DNA from: Basidiobolus meristosporus CBS 931.73 | Lineage: Eukaryota > Fungi > Basidiobolomycota | NCBI GenBank assembly: GCA_002104905.1 | Contig: MCFE01000297.1 | Location: forward strand, 37,212-101,211 | Direction of reading: 5' to 3' | Length of the DNA: 64,000 nucleotides | Shown: in pieces, positions 51,965 to 63,340 of the stretch | Layout of the letters: the number at the start of each line of letters is the position of its first letter | Position numbering within the stretch: the first letter of the stretch is position 1 | Translations under genes and position numbers: made by a program | Notes under the pieces: generated by a model | Databases searched by the model: none | Seen by the model: the letters and a program-made list of their open reading frames with translations, nothing else | What the model was told of the DNA's origin: nothing

Positions 51965-54183
51965 CTAAACCTTCTTGGTCTTTGCAACCTCAACCTTACC
52001 CACATTCGCATAGTTCACTTGGCAATACAAGTGGCCCTCATGGTCTGTATCTAGACCTGCAAATGTAAACACATTACCCGCAGGCATGATGACTGTGGAT
52101 CCTGACTCCGCGAAAGCGGTACCGAGTAGGCGGGCCACCATGGACGCTGTGTCAGTCTTCCAGCCCTGCACGGAGTCACGGAAGGCTTTATCAGAGCCCT
52201 CCTTGGCAAATACCTTATAGGTGTGGTGGTTCTCGAAATGGTCAAAGTTGCCATATGCGTCGTTTCTCTGCTGTGAGTCACACCACTCAAGGGTTTGGCC
52301 TTCCTTGAACAGGTTCTTGCTCGCTTCGCGGTCAATAGCGATGCTCCACTTGCCGGCGGTGGCGGAGTTGATCTCCACTACCACTAGCGACTGCACACGG
52401 CAGTCCATGGTACGCGCGTTGAGCCAGTCGGTGGCCGTACCTATTGCCATGAATTAGTCATGCCATCTGCGACACAAATTAGGGGCACCTACACTCGTTC
52501 TGGCAGAGGTTATGGAGGCCTCTGGTGTCGGCATGGAAGTTGAGAGTGTTCTTGATGTCAATATCGAGCCATACGCGGCGGGCATGGGTGATCCCATCCT
52601 CTAGTGAAGAAATCTGGGAGGTGTTACTGCGGTAAGTGACTCTGACAACGCATTCGCCTGCACAAACGTTAGTTATAGCACGCCCGCTTGCTAACTGATT
52701 CACTCACCCTCCACCCTCTTGCGGCGATCATACGGTTTACCATCCAGGATATTACTATTCTTGACGATATCGTCCATGTGCCATCTACGGCTAACCTCGT
52801 ACCCACGGTTGCTAGAGTCGGTCAGCTCCCTGATCTCGACATTGTTTGCGTTGAGACGGATCATTCCTATATCTTCCTTGATGGCAGTAGCAATCATGGG
52901 GCGGTAGATATTGTAGTCAACGAGCAGGGCCTGACCGATGGGCTTGAGCCAATGATCGCAAAAAATCCCCTTGGAGAAGGCCATGATGCCGTCATGTCCC
53001 TGCTCCTTGCCATTGAACACGACCTTGCCTAGTGTCTTGGTCTTGTCGAAGAAGGTTGGTCGGAAGAGACCAGCGTTGAGATCCTGCTGGTCCACTTGGA
53101 TATTGTCATTGTTTCCAGCGCGGTGAGTAAACATACAGAAGTTCAGTGTTCCGGACGTTGTGATGGGGTTGTTTCCGGACCGCTCTCCCTCCGTTGTAGT
53201 TATATCACACTGGCGCGGCTTGAAGTATACAGGTGTCTTAGACTCGTCGATATTTTCATCAAAGTCTTTCAGATCTGGCAAGGCCTCAGAAATGGAGTAA
53301 CCAAGAACAAAGGGGTTATCGGGCGTAGGGGCACCAGTAACCTTCTGGGTCTTCTGCATTGTCGTATAATACAATGCCATGGAGTTCATCAGATTTGCCA
53401 TCAGGCGGCCGTCTTCTAAACTTTGTACCGGTTTCCCGCTGGGGTCGCGCAGCATGAAGCTGTTGACCAACGTGGACTCCTCAAACATGCAGAAGATGGA
53501 GGAGACGGTAAACAGGCTCGGGTCGACATAGTTCCCAAGCGCCGTAGCTGCTTTGTCCGGCATAGTAATCGCACTGCCCTTGTCCGTCGAAGGGTCAAGA
53601 AGGTCTGTTAGAAGTTGGTATGTACATTCAGGTACAAAGGCTTTTTAACATTGCACAAGAGGAATACCATATCCATACCTTTTTGGACATCAGAAATATG
53701 TTTCCTTCCTAGGTTAACTTGCCAAGTGACAGTATAGTCATTGATGACTTGCTTGTCGAGGAATGGGCCATCATCACCATCGGTGTTCCAAAAGGTGAAG
53801 ACACTATCTTTTTTGCCTTCTGGGGCCGACTCATCTCGCCTAAAGATAAGTTCGAGATAGGCGCTCCGATGACAGACCGCACCAGTGGACTCGGGAGGAG
53901 CACGGAAGCGAACCTTGGGGCAAGCAATGTGTGCTTCGATGCCGTCTTTCCGGGGGGCTCCACTCTTAGTGAGTTCGTGGAGGCTGAAGTCATGATTGAT
54001 CAAGTACTGTGTCTGAGGCAGAGGCGCGTAACCTTTCATCTTAGTCGGAAGAGGGAGAGGTCCTCGCGTAATTGGGGTATCATACAGCTTCTGCAACTGG
54101 GCATTGACGGCCTCTTCAGATACAGACAAGACAATGTCGTATCCTGCGAGGGTACCAGGGATGTTGCTGACTTTGACAGGCAT
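51965..54183 (-). CDS. ~680-aa intracellular protein, possible TULIP/P47-like; exons 54183-53679, 53604-52708, 52657-52493, 52440-51965
   Basis: Introns of 74, 50 and 52 bp (GTATGG, GTGAGT, GTAGGT donors; CTAAC/CTAAT branch sites; AG acceptors) join the ORFs in frame, 2043 nt in total. N-terminal GYDIVLSVSEEAVNAQL recalls the P47/OrfX G(W/Y)D.V motif. Gene model is strong, family call tentative. Confidence 0.85.
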
Positions 54184-54350
54184 AATGATTGAAAGCACAA
54201 ATGATATGATGAAAAGCAAAGGATATTGGAGCCATGAAATAGTGAACGAGGAGCTAGTATTACATTGCACAAGTGCGCAGCCCTGATGATACATGCGCTA
54301 AAAAGGGACTCTTGAGCTACCCATTGTCATACTAATGTCTCTCTGTAAAG

Positions 54351-54985
54351 CACGGTTTTCGTCTTATGACCAGATTCAATGCTACTTGGTATGACTGTAT
54401 TACATTCTACATGTGTTCCAGATGCAATGTCGATCGCACGTATATGGTTGTCGCGGCTTGCATCTTATGACCAGATTGTACTACACAACTATGCCATTCA
54501 AGAGGTGTTCTACCTGGTACACGCTATGTTCAGTTTCCATGTCGGTCGCAGATATCTGGTTAGCACGGCTTGCGTCTTATGACCAGATTCATACCCACTT
54601 GATATGTTGTATTCCACGACTATGCCATTCTAGATTCATTGCCACTTAATATGTTGTATTACACGAGTATGCCATCCTAGAGGTGCTCTGGGTTCAGCTG
54701 CCATATCGGTAGCACGTATCTGGTGAGCCCGGTTTGCATCCTATGGCCAGATGCATTGATATGACTGTATTGCCCGGATAAGCCATTCTCTATGTGTTCC
54801 AGTTGCAATGTCAATCGCAGATATCTGGTTAGTACGGCTTGCGTCTTATGACCAGATTCATTGCCACTTAATATGTTGTATTACACAACTATGCCATTCT
54901 AGAGGTGCTCGAGCTTGTACACGCCAGGTTCAGTTGCCATGTCGGTTGTAGCTCGCACGGTTTACGTTCAATGACCAGACTCATT
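54351..54985. repeat. Six degenerate tandem units (101-164 bp spacing) in the bidirectional intergenic region
   Basis: Core CGGCTTGCGTCTTATGACCAGATTC at ~54351, 54452, 54564, 54728, 54833 and 54956; intervening sequences also resemble each other. Confidence 0.85.
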
Positions 54986-55055
54986 CCATCTGCAAAGCAT
55001 AAAATGAGCGCTGGTCACCAATTCATCGGATAAGCATTTCTTTTGACTCTTAACA

Positions 55056-58000
55056 ATGCGCAACCGATTTCTGTCCAAGGAGGAGGTTCTAACACCTGCA
55101 ACAACTATCAAAACATCCCTTCCGTTTCCTGAGCTGTATATCAATTCTGATGGCAAGGAAGGCGGGGATGAGGAAGCCACACTTCTGCAGAAGCCCAGCA
55201 AGACTCAGAAGATTAGCGTCGAGCACTGCTCTGAACTGACAGAATATCGTGCGGCTCTCGAATATTTCCCCAGAACAACCCAGTTCCAACTGTTGCACGC
55301 GCAAAATGGAATGGCCATTGTCTTCGCCTTGGACGAACACAACGTAAGTATTTCTTGAAATCGTCTCTTGATGAATGCAGGTTAATCTGTCTTAGCACTT
55401 GTGGGTTTTGCAACACTCAAATAGTACGGAAGGCTGGTCATCTACTGACATCACGCCCAGTGATAAGACGCTATCAAAATTTGACCTTATCGACATTGAA
55501 GGGGTGGTGACCATCGGGGCAAGCTGCATCAAGAAGGCAGTTTCAGAACTGCACCAAGTAGTGTACTGCACCCTTGTCGTCCCGGCTGAAATATTTAGCC
55601 GAGAGCAGTTGACCTTGAGGACTGCTGATAATGATAAGGGTAAGCTCTTTCGCGGCAATGGGTCGCCTTGAATACAAACGCTGACTAATCTTTGATTAGG
55701 CCTCAGCTGGATCACTATTCGTGAAAACTCGGAAAAGCTAGTCGGAAATCTCGAAATCTCTTCAATATCATGCCAATCTGCAGTAAAGTCAGGGTTGGAC
55801 GTACTTGTGCCCCGAATCGTCGTAGGAACTGCGTCTACAGCACAATTGATCGGCACTCACTACTTGGTCGACCTGGACCCTGACGTCGCAAACCCCTGGT
55901 CTGAGCTGAGCTTCCCCGCCGCGGCTTCCAAGATGGTTCAGACTGAGCCACTAAGGCTTGGTTATGCCGAGACTGGTTTTAAGGAGGATGGAATGCTGTC
56001 CCTCTTCCAGGGGTATCCGGTTGATGGCCAGCAGAGGTGTATCGGGCATATGTTTGGACCTTGTGGGGGCTATGCGCGGACTTTTGAGCTCAAGGCAGCC
56101 AAGCTTGGTCATCTCAATGCAGCCTTCACCCACATGAACCCTGCGGGATACACTGATATCTTCGTCGCCTCGAACTGTGGTATTGGAGTCTTTAGATTCG
56201 ACGAGATCGATGTCATCAACCAGGTCATTCTCCCAGAAACCGCCTTTAAGCAAGTCGTTTGTTCAGAGGAGTTCGACCCGGATGCTCCCGAAAGAGAGCC
56301 GAGGACTAAGATCTCCATCTTTGCCATTTCAGAGGACCAGAAGCTGTATTTCATTGAGGGCTCTCGCGACTGGCAAACTAGAGAGCTTACGTTCCGCTCT
56401 TCCGGACTTCCTATCCGATCAGGTGTAACGCATCTTTCAGGCAAGTTCAACGCCAGTTACTACAGTAGCGAGTTGCTGTATGCTGGAGTTGAAGAGAATG
56501 CACTCCATCATCTTCGTCGGGCACCATCCGGTCAGCACTGGCTGGATGACAGGATCACACGGAAGGCAAACAAGCAGCTCAAGTATGACGCCTTCGTGAC
56601 CTGCATCACACTTACAGACAGTGAAGGAAACACTGTGCCCGAGGGATACCCAGTCAAGGTATCTTCTGAGCCGCTCCAGGTGATTGCGAACGGAAGTTCA
56701 CAGTCCCTTGGTCGCGTACCGGCTAATCTAGAGACAGATGGAACTGGCTGCGTGACAATAATTATTCCGGCAGAGAGCAAGTTGAGTTGCCCACCATTGG
56801 ATGTCGAGATTGGGCCGATGTTCCCAGAGGCTGCTGCGACATCAGTCAAGTTCATCATTGAGCCCAGTGCCCGAGTATCACGTCTGATGAACAAGTTCAA
56901 TGACACCAAGAGTCTGCAAATGGCGACTACGCTCTCGGGTGAGAAGGCATTTGAGGGCTTCGACACTCAGCGTCTTGATGCCGCCACTGGTGTACTTCGA
57001 CAGTTTGACACGATGAAGGATAGGATCAGGAAGGATTCAAATACAACTGGTGACAAAGGGGACGGTCAACTCATTGGCGAGACAGCCGAGGAGCCAGTTG
57101 GTGCCGTTGAATCCTTCTTCGGAGATGTGATTGAGTGTGTCAAAAAGGTCGTTAAGGGGACAGTTAAGTTGGCAATTCGGATCGTCGGTCCTGTGGTCAA
57201 GCTTGTGTTCAAGGTCTTGGGTAGGGTGTTTTCATTTGTCCTAAAGACCTTGGAAACACTGTTGACCGGTCTCGGGACCTTCCTGGAGCAGACACTTGGA
57301 TACGACGGCCTAACGAGGTTCATGAAGTTTTTGAAGCTTGTATTTGATAAGGAGAGGATTGCCTCACATTCTAAGGTAAGAATCCCCATTACCGTGAGCC
57401 ATTAGCAAACAGTTCACTAACTGAAGACTGCAGCGAATCAAGGAAAGCGTCGACGGGGCATTCATCGTTGCAGAGATGTTTCTGGAGACTAACAAAGAGG
57501 TTGTCCCCTTGTTCTTTAACAATTGCCGCCAGATGCTTGAACAGTTCTTGGAGGATCCGCGTCTTCCCAGCAGTGAAAGCCCCACAAAAGAGAAAGGTGC
57601 TTTCGCGTGGCTGTTCAACAACCCGGTTGTACGGCTACTGGGCAAGATGGATCCTTTGGGGTGGATTGAAGAGGCTGCCGAAGAAGAGATCGGAGAAATC
57701 AAGGCCCCTGATATCAAGGGCATGGTTAGCAGCCTGATGGGTGTTCTAGGTGACTTGGCTGAGGACCAGCTTGAGCTTCTGTCTCGTCTCATGGAGACTA
57801 TTATTAACGACATTGCCAAGACTAACTCTAAGAATGTTGACCAGACCATACTGCGATCACTGTCGGGCGTTATCTGGATGCTTTTCGATACTCTCGAGAA
57901 CCTCGTTGACAAGGCTTATGATGCCATGATCATTCTTGTGAGGGGGCTGCGAAGTGTTATCACCGGGACTTGGAAGATCCCTGGCCTCACCGACATTTGG

Positions 58001-58990
58001 GAGGACTTGACCGGCCAGGAGTTCAGTTTAATCTCCTTTGCATCTTATCCACTAGTATTCATTACCAACATCATGGCCCTGGTCCAGGGTGTTGAGGTCA
58101 ACATAAAGGAGGAGGAGGCCTTCGACTACTCCACCATTCCTAGAAGCGATCTCAAAATGCCCGGCTTGACGGCAGCCGCTAATCACACCAATTTCCAGGT
58201 TGTTGCCCTGCCAACCCAACTTGAGAAGCGAGTTGTCGCCCCAGTAGCGGCCCTAGAGACTCAATTCGAGGAGCAAGTGTTAACCCCGCAGATCAATATT
58301 GCCTCTGACACCCGGATTCTGGACGAGACGGAGATCAGCGAGGAGGACAAATCGAGAGATTCTTCAACGAAGCAGGAGCCACCGAAAAAGGCAGCATGGA
58401 AGAACAAGTTGTACTACGACATCTGGACTGTGCAGAACATCCTCCGAATACAGTCCACATTCTCTACTTGGCAGACTAACAGACGTGCAAGCCTTGGAAT
58501 ACATATCCGGCCTAGGGTACACAACTTCTCCAAAATGCTCCTCAAGCTCGCACCCGTCCCTATGCACGCCGTTCTAATCATCGTGTCTATGGTCACACAG
58601 ATGGACGACATGACACTTCCTGGCGGCCTTACCTTTGGCTGCAGCCTAGCTGAGCTCATGTTTGTCGTCCTCGCAATTCGTGCCAACAATGCAGTGCCCA
58701 CAGTCCATCCCGTCGGTGCCCCTGTGCCTGATCCAGGCCTCGTCATGCGTGAGATCTGGGAGCGTTGCGGCTCCGTGACAGCCCAGGTCGGTACGATCTT
58801 CGCGAGCTTTGGCTCGAACTGGAGTGTAAACACTGCTGGAGGCTTCATGATTAGTGGAGCCAGCTGCGGCCTGGTTACGATCGCTTCCGCAAAACTCAAG
58901 TTCTACAAAGTCGCTGCTGTATTTGGAGTCGCCGACATTATTGTCACCATTCCGGCTACTGTGTTTACTTATCTGGAATCATTAAAATGA
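55056..58990 (+). CDS. ~1254-aa hypothetical protein (beta-rich N-half, amphipathic/hydrophobic helical C-half); exons 55056-55343, 55396-55639, 55700-57375, 57434-58990
   Basis: Introns of 52, 60 and 58 bp with GTAAG donors and TAG/CAG acceptors join four ORFs in frame (3765 nt). No signal peptide; hydrophobic helices near the C-terminus. Confidence 0.88.
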
Positions 58991-60924
58991 GACTACTGAA
59001 GATGAGTAGTTAGCCTAAATAGGAGCGAAGAAGATAGCAGGAGTGGTTGTTATGGCAGTTTTTTATGGGAGGAGACTAAGCTTGTTCAAGGCTTACTTGG
59101 GCATTCATTAGGATATAATAAATGATAAATGCAATCTAGCCGGGTCTTCCAATTCTCTAGTAATTTAAGAAGCTTGAATCGCGAATAGCAGCAAGATTAT
59201 GAATTCCATGACATTGTCAATAGTAACATCCAAAGCTTTATTCAATTGCATGTATATGCCATCTAGAAGATGTTAGTAGCCCAGAAATAGTCATCTTTGT
59301 CTTCATACGGAGCATATGTATGTGCAAAGCCAATTGACCTGTACTTACGACATGGTTAGTGTACATCCCATATAGTTCATGAAAGGTAGAAAGCTTACTT
59401 TAGCTATGCCTCTTCCGTGGTGCAATGTTTACGGATGCCAGGCTCTAATGCGTCTCCACCTTGAGCTAATTGTGAATCACCCTAATATCAGAGGTGATGT
59501 TGAGCATAGTTCTAGGGAACTTGCTATCAAAAGCCTTGGCAATATCCGAGCCGGCATTTGGCAGATTTCCTCAAGCAAAAACGGTAATCTCAAAGAAGTG
59601 ATTACCTGTGTCGCTATATAGTGTAGTAGGCTATATTGTATGGCTTAGCCAATACAAATTGAATTTTATTAGATAGCTAGTGCTTTATGCTTTGTCATGG
59701 AGCTTATTTCACACGTGCACTATATTAAAGATTTGTAACTTCTATGGATACTACCCGTACTTCTCTTCATACTCTATAAAGCCATTATCTGCAACAATGA
59801 GCGGCGCCATTTCCGTGTACACATATCTTGAAAATATTTTCAATGTTTATATAACTAATGGTATGCTGTTCGATCATCTCGCATTATTTAGAGAAATTTA
59901 CTATTCCTAGTCCCTATATCTGTTTCCACTGCAATATCTAACTTTAAAGTGGCAGCTTGGGTACCTGAAAATATGCTTAATAATAATAAGTGCTGCAAAT
60001 TACTATGCAAAGGCTTAGGCTAACCCTAAAAGCCAAGCGCACTGGAGCAGTCACAGGTTGGCAAGTCTGAGTGGATGGTCATCAGTAGCCGCTACAATAA
60101 AGTGAGACCACCGACTTACTATTTTGTGATTTTTACAAGAACGTGTAGAGTTAAACATGGATTTACAGATTTTAATTTTCATGCCAGCAAACTGTAATCA
60201 TAATCAACCAATTTGCCATTTTGCAATCAAATTTTAAGCGTTTTTCGAACATTTATTCATACTTCTCATCTTAATGCTTGCCAATTTTCAATTGCCATGA
60301 CTTTGTAAATTTTCTCGGGCTTAACTCGTAACTAAGTCATATCTCGTAGACTATGTGTATTGATCATATTATAACTAACAACATAATGGTGCTGGAAGTG
60401 AAGCAGGAAATAGTGGTGACGATTTGTATCTCTTGCTATCTAAAACTCATTCTCAGTTCTTACTGATGAACTAACTCGACTGTTCTTCAATGAATATTAT
60501 TCATTTATTTAATGACTCTAGGTAGACCTCGATGTACTGAATGATCATCATTACTAACACCACTCTGGTGCACTTTGTGGCACTTATCAATTGCTGACAC
60601 TCTATAACAACTGCGTTCATAAACCTACTCCAGCAGTATCCATTGTTGCAATACCTTTGCCCCCTTTTCCTTCGTCACTGCACAAACCAGATTTAACTTC
60701 TCCCAGCTTTTTACAGTCTGCTCAAAACGGTCTTAAGCATTGAAAAACACGTCGACTCCATTGGATGCGTCAAGACCGCGCTTCTCCACGTTGAAAAAGG
60801 CCCTCTTAGGAATGATGGTGATGCTTTTGACTCCTTTGATTGGGATCAATGAGCTACTGGTTTTAAGGCTGGCTAAGGAGGTTCCATTGCTGATATAGAA
60901 TGATGGAGCTCCCGTTCCACATAC

Positions 60925-61232
60925 TAGGGGAGGGAAAGTCACCAAGTTGGTGAAATCTTTATTTGAGTTAAGAACTAATCTAAGTACAAATAAAGAAGCC
61001 AATTAAGAGGTCTAGAACCTCTCTAATAAGTAATCTAATTTATGTTTTGTTTCATCTCTAATGTTTGTTTTAATAAAGTAAACCTCATCAGGGGTAAATA
61101 TAAAATTCAGGTGTTTTGGGGGAGGTACAAATTGTAGATGTTTCTGATCAATATAATCCAAGACTGGAACCCAGCCGGGGATTAGGTGTAGTAGGAAAGG
61201 TGTGTGGACTTGTAAGTAGCTCTGCCACATAG
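60925..61232 (-). mobile_element. Telomeric retro-module 3: C-terminal 72 codons of a related RT ORF plus the conserved 3' motif
   Basis: WQSYLQVHTPFLLHLIP..PPKHLNFIFTPDEV aligns with WQQYLQQHTPFMMNINP..PPFPLNSVLSTEEL at the end of the 61300 ORF; motif at 60925-61000. Confidence 0.8.
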
Positions 61233-61235
61233 ATC

Positions 61236-61295
61236 TTAGGGGGGGAGACAGTCACCAACAGGTGAAATCTTTATTTCAGTTGAAACAAAGAAGCC
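61236..61295 (-). ncRNA. Conserved two-hairpin 3' RNA motif (module 2 copy; others at 60925-61000 and 63341-63415)
   Basis: Minus strand reads GGCT-TCTTT(A/G)TTT-loop-AAATAAAGA-TT-TCACC-loop-GGTGA-N3-6-TCCCC..CCTA. Stems conserved, loops variable, one G-U pair in this copy. Confidence 0.65.
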
Positions 61296-61299
61296 AGCG

Positions 61300-63339
61300 C
61301 TACTGTTGTAGCTTTGATACAAGAGTGTGTAGCTGAGGGGAATTTGTAGGTAAGTTAATAAGAAGTGATGATAGCTCTTCAGTGCTCAAGACACTGTTCA
61401 GTGGGAAGGGGGGTAGCAAGAGAGGTAAGAATGACTTGTGAACAACATTAATGAGGGGAATGTGATAAGGGTTGATATTCATCATAAATGGAGTGTGCTG
61501 CTGCAGATATTGCTGCCAAAGGTCTGTCAAGTACTTCAGGTAGGCCAGCTTGGGTTTTTCTGACTGCAGAATATAGTGAGCAAACTTCTTGACTTCAGGA
61601 TCTCCAAGTATAGTTCTCCAGCAGGAGCCAGGTGTTGTGTGGTGTGTTCTCTTCCAGGCCTTAATCAGTGGGTTGTTGCAGTTGTGAAGTCTGAGGTATA
61701 ATCTGGTTCTAAGGTAGAGAAGTCTGATCTTATAGGGCATAAACCCAAAAGCACCAAGAATAGCATGTCTGTAGGGGCATTCAGGCAAATGAGGCACCAA
61801 GGAGGTAATGCACCATACTGCAAACTTGTCAAGCTTAGTGCAGTCTCTAGAAGTAAGAGAGAGAAGTGGTAAGCCAAATTCTAGGACAGGGAAGACAAAC
61901 TGCTTGAGTAGAAGGAGGCAGCTGGGAGCTGAAGTTGTAGGAGGAGTAACAGCCAACAGCTTGTGGAGTGCCTGTCTTGCAAGGATAATTCTCTTCTTCA
62001 GGTGTGCTCCAGAGTCTAGTCCAGTAGGAAGGAAAGGAAAGCCAAGATATGTAGCAGAAACCTGAGCAGGTAGAGTGGAGTTCTCCAAGATGATGGGAGA
62101 GCCCAAAGGTACTGTCTTTGCAATGGAAAGCTGGAGATTATTCTTCTGCAGATACTGGTGGATGGTCTGGGAGTCTTGTTGCACATTGGAGGAGGATATT
62201 CTGATGTCATCAGCAAAGAGAGTAACCAGGCAGTCAGCTGAGAGTCTTGGGAAGTCATTCAGGAAGATGGCAAACAGTATAGGACCAAGCACAGAGCCTT
62301 GAACCACTCCATTAGGAACTGAGAACACAGCTGATTGCTCACTTGGGTGCAGAATTCTTGCTTGTGGATCCAGAAACAGAGACCTGACAAGGAGGGTGAG
62401 AGAGGTACTGGAGAAGCATTGCAACTTGGACCAAAGCAGATTTCTGTCAACTGAATCAAAGGCCTTAGTAATATCAAACAGAACAGAGGGATACTTGCAC
62501 TGGAGAGAGTGATCTTGGCCAAGTATGACTGCATATTCCAAGGAGAGGCCAGGAACAAAGCCAAACTGTGCAGGATGAAACTTGAGGAAGTCAGAGTAGA
62601 GCTCCTGAGCAAGCAGAAGCTCAAACACCTTTCTGCAGGTGGGCAGCAGAGATATTGGCCTGTAGGAGCTAGGATCCAGGTGTTTTCCTTTACCCTTATA
62701 CAGTGGCAGAACATTTGCAAAGGACCATTCCTCAGGAGTAGAAAGCTGGGCTGAGCATTGCTGAAACAGTGGAAGCAGAAGTGCAGACATGGCCTTGGTA
62801 CTAGTCTTCAGAAGCTCATAGGAGATTGTGTCCACACCTGGAGCAGTAGAGTTGGGAAGCCTCTTGAGCACATTATGGATTCTCCTTTGATCAAGTGCAA
62901 GTGGGATGGGCAGAGTCTTGAAGTCAGGATGAAAGCCAGGAGTTGAGTACTGCTTTGTAGAGAAGAAGATGTTAGCCAGCTGTTCTGTTGAAGGTAACTT
63001 CCTGGAAGAGGGCCTCATTGCTCTGTAGAGTCTTGATACTGTTCTTGTTATAGAGTTGGAAGATTGCAGAGGCAAAGAACTCATAATATGATCCCAGAGC
63101 TGAGTATGCAGAGTGTGGTGAATTGCCTTGGAGTGGTGTATTGCTGTCAGGAGGAGTTTCTCTGTTTTTGGGTTAGGGAAACTCAGGTAGCTTTGTTGCA
63201 GGGCTGAAACAATGGATTCCCATTTTCTTGAAGTAACAGCAGTAGTCTTGCATGGCAGTGAGAGGGAGGCAGACACCAGAATCAGATGCTTCACAAAGAG
63301 CCAGGCATAGTTGAGATCATCTGGCAGAGAAAGTAGCAA
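61300..63339 (-). CDS. Non-LTR (LINE-type) reverse transcriptase, 679 uninterrupted codons, probably 5'-truncated; no endonuclease in the visible part
   Basis: APGVDTI, YRPISLL, QFGF, DITKAFDSV, GVVQGSVLGPILF, FADD and YLG motifs; the ORF begins directly at a CCCTAACCC junction. Confidence 0.95.
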   Translation of the reverse strand: MLLSLPDDLNYAWLFVKHLILVSASLSLPCKTTAVTSRKWESIVSALQQSYLSFPNPKTEKLLLTAIHHSKAIHHTLHTQLWDHIMSSLPLQSSNSITRTVSRLYRAMRPSSRKLPSTEQLANIFFSTKQYSTPGFHPDFKTLPIPLALDQRRIHNVLKRLPNSTAPGVDTISYELLKTSTKAMSALLLPLFQQCSAQLSTPEEWSFANVLPLYKGKGKHLDPSSYRPISLLPTCRKVFELLLAQELYSDFLKFHPAQFGFVPGLSLEYAVILGQDHSLQCKYPSVLFDITKAFDSVDRNLLWSKLQCFSSTSLTLLVRSLFLDPQARILHPSEQSAVFSVPNGVVQGSVLGPILFAIFLNDFPRLSADCLVTLFADDIRISSSNVQQDSQTIHQYLQKNNLQLSIAKTVPLGSPIILENSTLPAQVSATYLGFPFLPTGLDSGAHLKKRIILARQALHKLLAVTPPTTSAPSCLLLLKQFVFPVLEFGLPLLSLTSRDCTKLDKFAVWCITSLVPHLPECPYRHAILGAFGFMPYKIRLLYLRTRLYLRLHNCNNPLIKAWKRTHHTTPGSCWRTILGDPEVKKFAHYILQSEKPKLAYLKYLTDLWQQYLQQHTPFMMNINPYHIPLINVVHKSFLPLLLPPFPLNSVLSTEELSSLLINLPTNSPQLHTLVSKLQQ

Positions 63340-63340
63340 G

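Noticed and set aside
54184-54294. 37-aa hydrophobic N-terminal extension (signal-like) of the P47-like gene
   Set aside because: It is AT-rich and UTR-like; coding-like composition and the conserved-looking motif start at MPVKV (54183). Needs TSS data.
54351-54985. CRISPR-like repeat-spacer appearance
   Set aside because: Repeats are degenerate, the spacers are 75-140 bp and homologous to each other, the context is eukaryotic and there are no cas genes; it is a tandem repeat.
60733-61002. 89-aa ORF as a real gene
   Set aside because: It spans the junction: its start lies inside the hairpin motif and the rest is the truncated unique sequence, so it is a chimeric frame.
61300-63339. Claim that the RT element is naturally endonuclease-deficient
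   Set aside because: The ORF starts exactly at a telomere-like junction and its N-terminus resembles the APE-RT linker, so the endonuclease may simply have been lost by 5' truncation; undecidable from this window.
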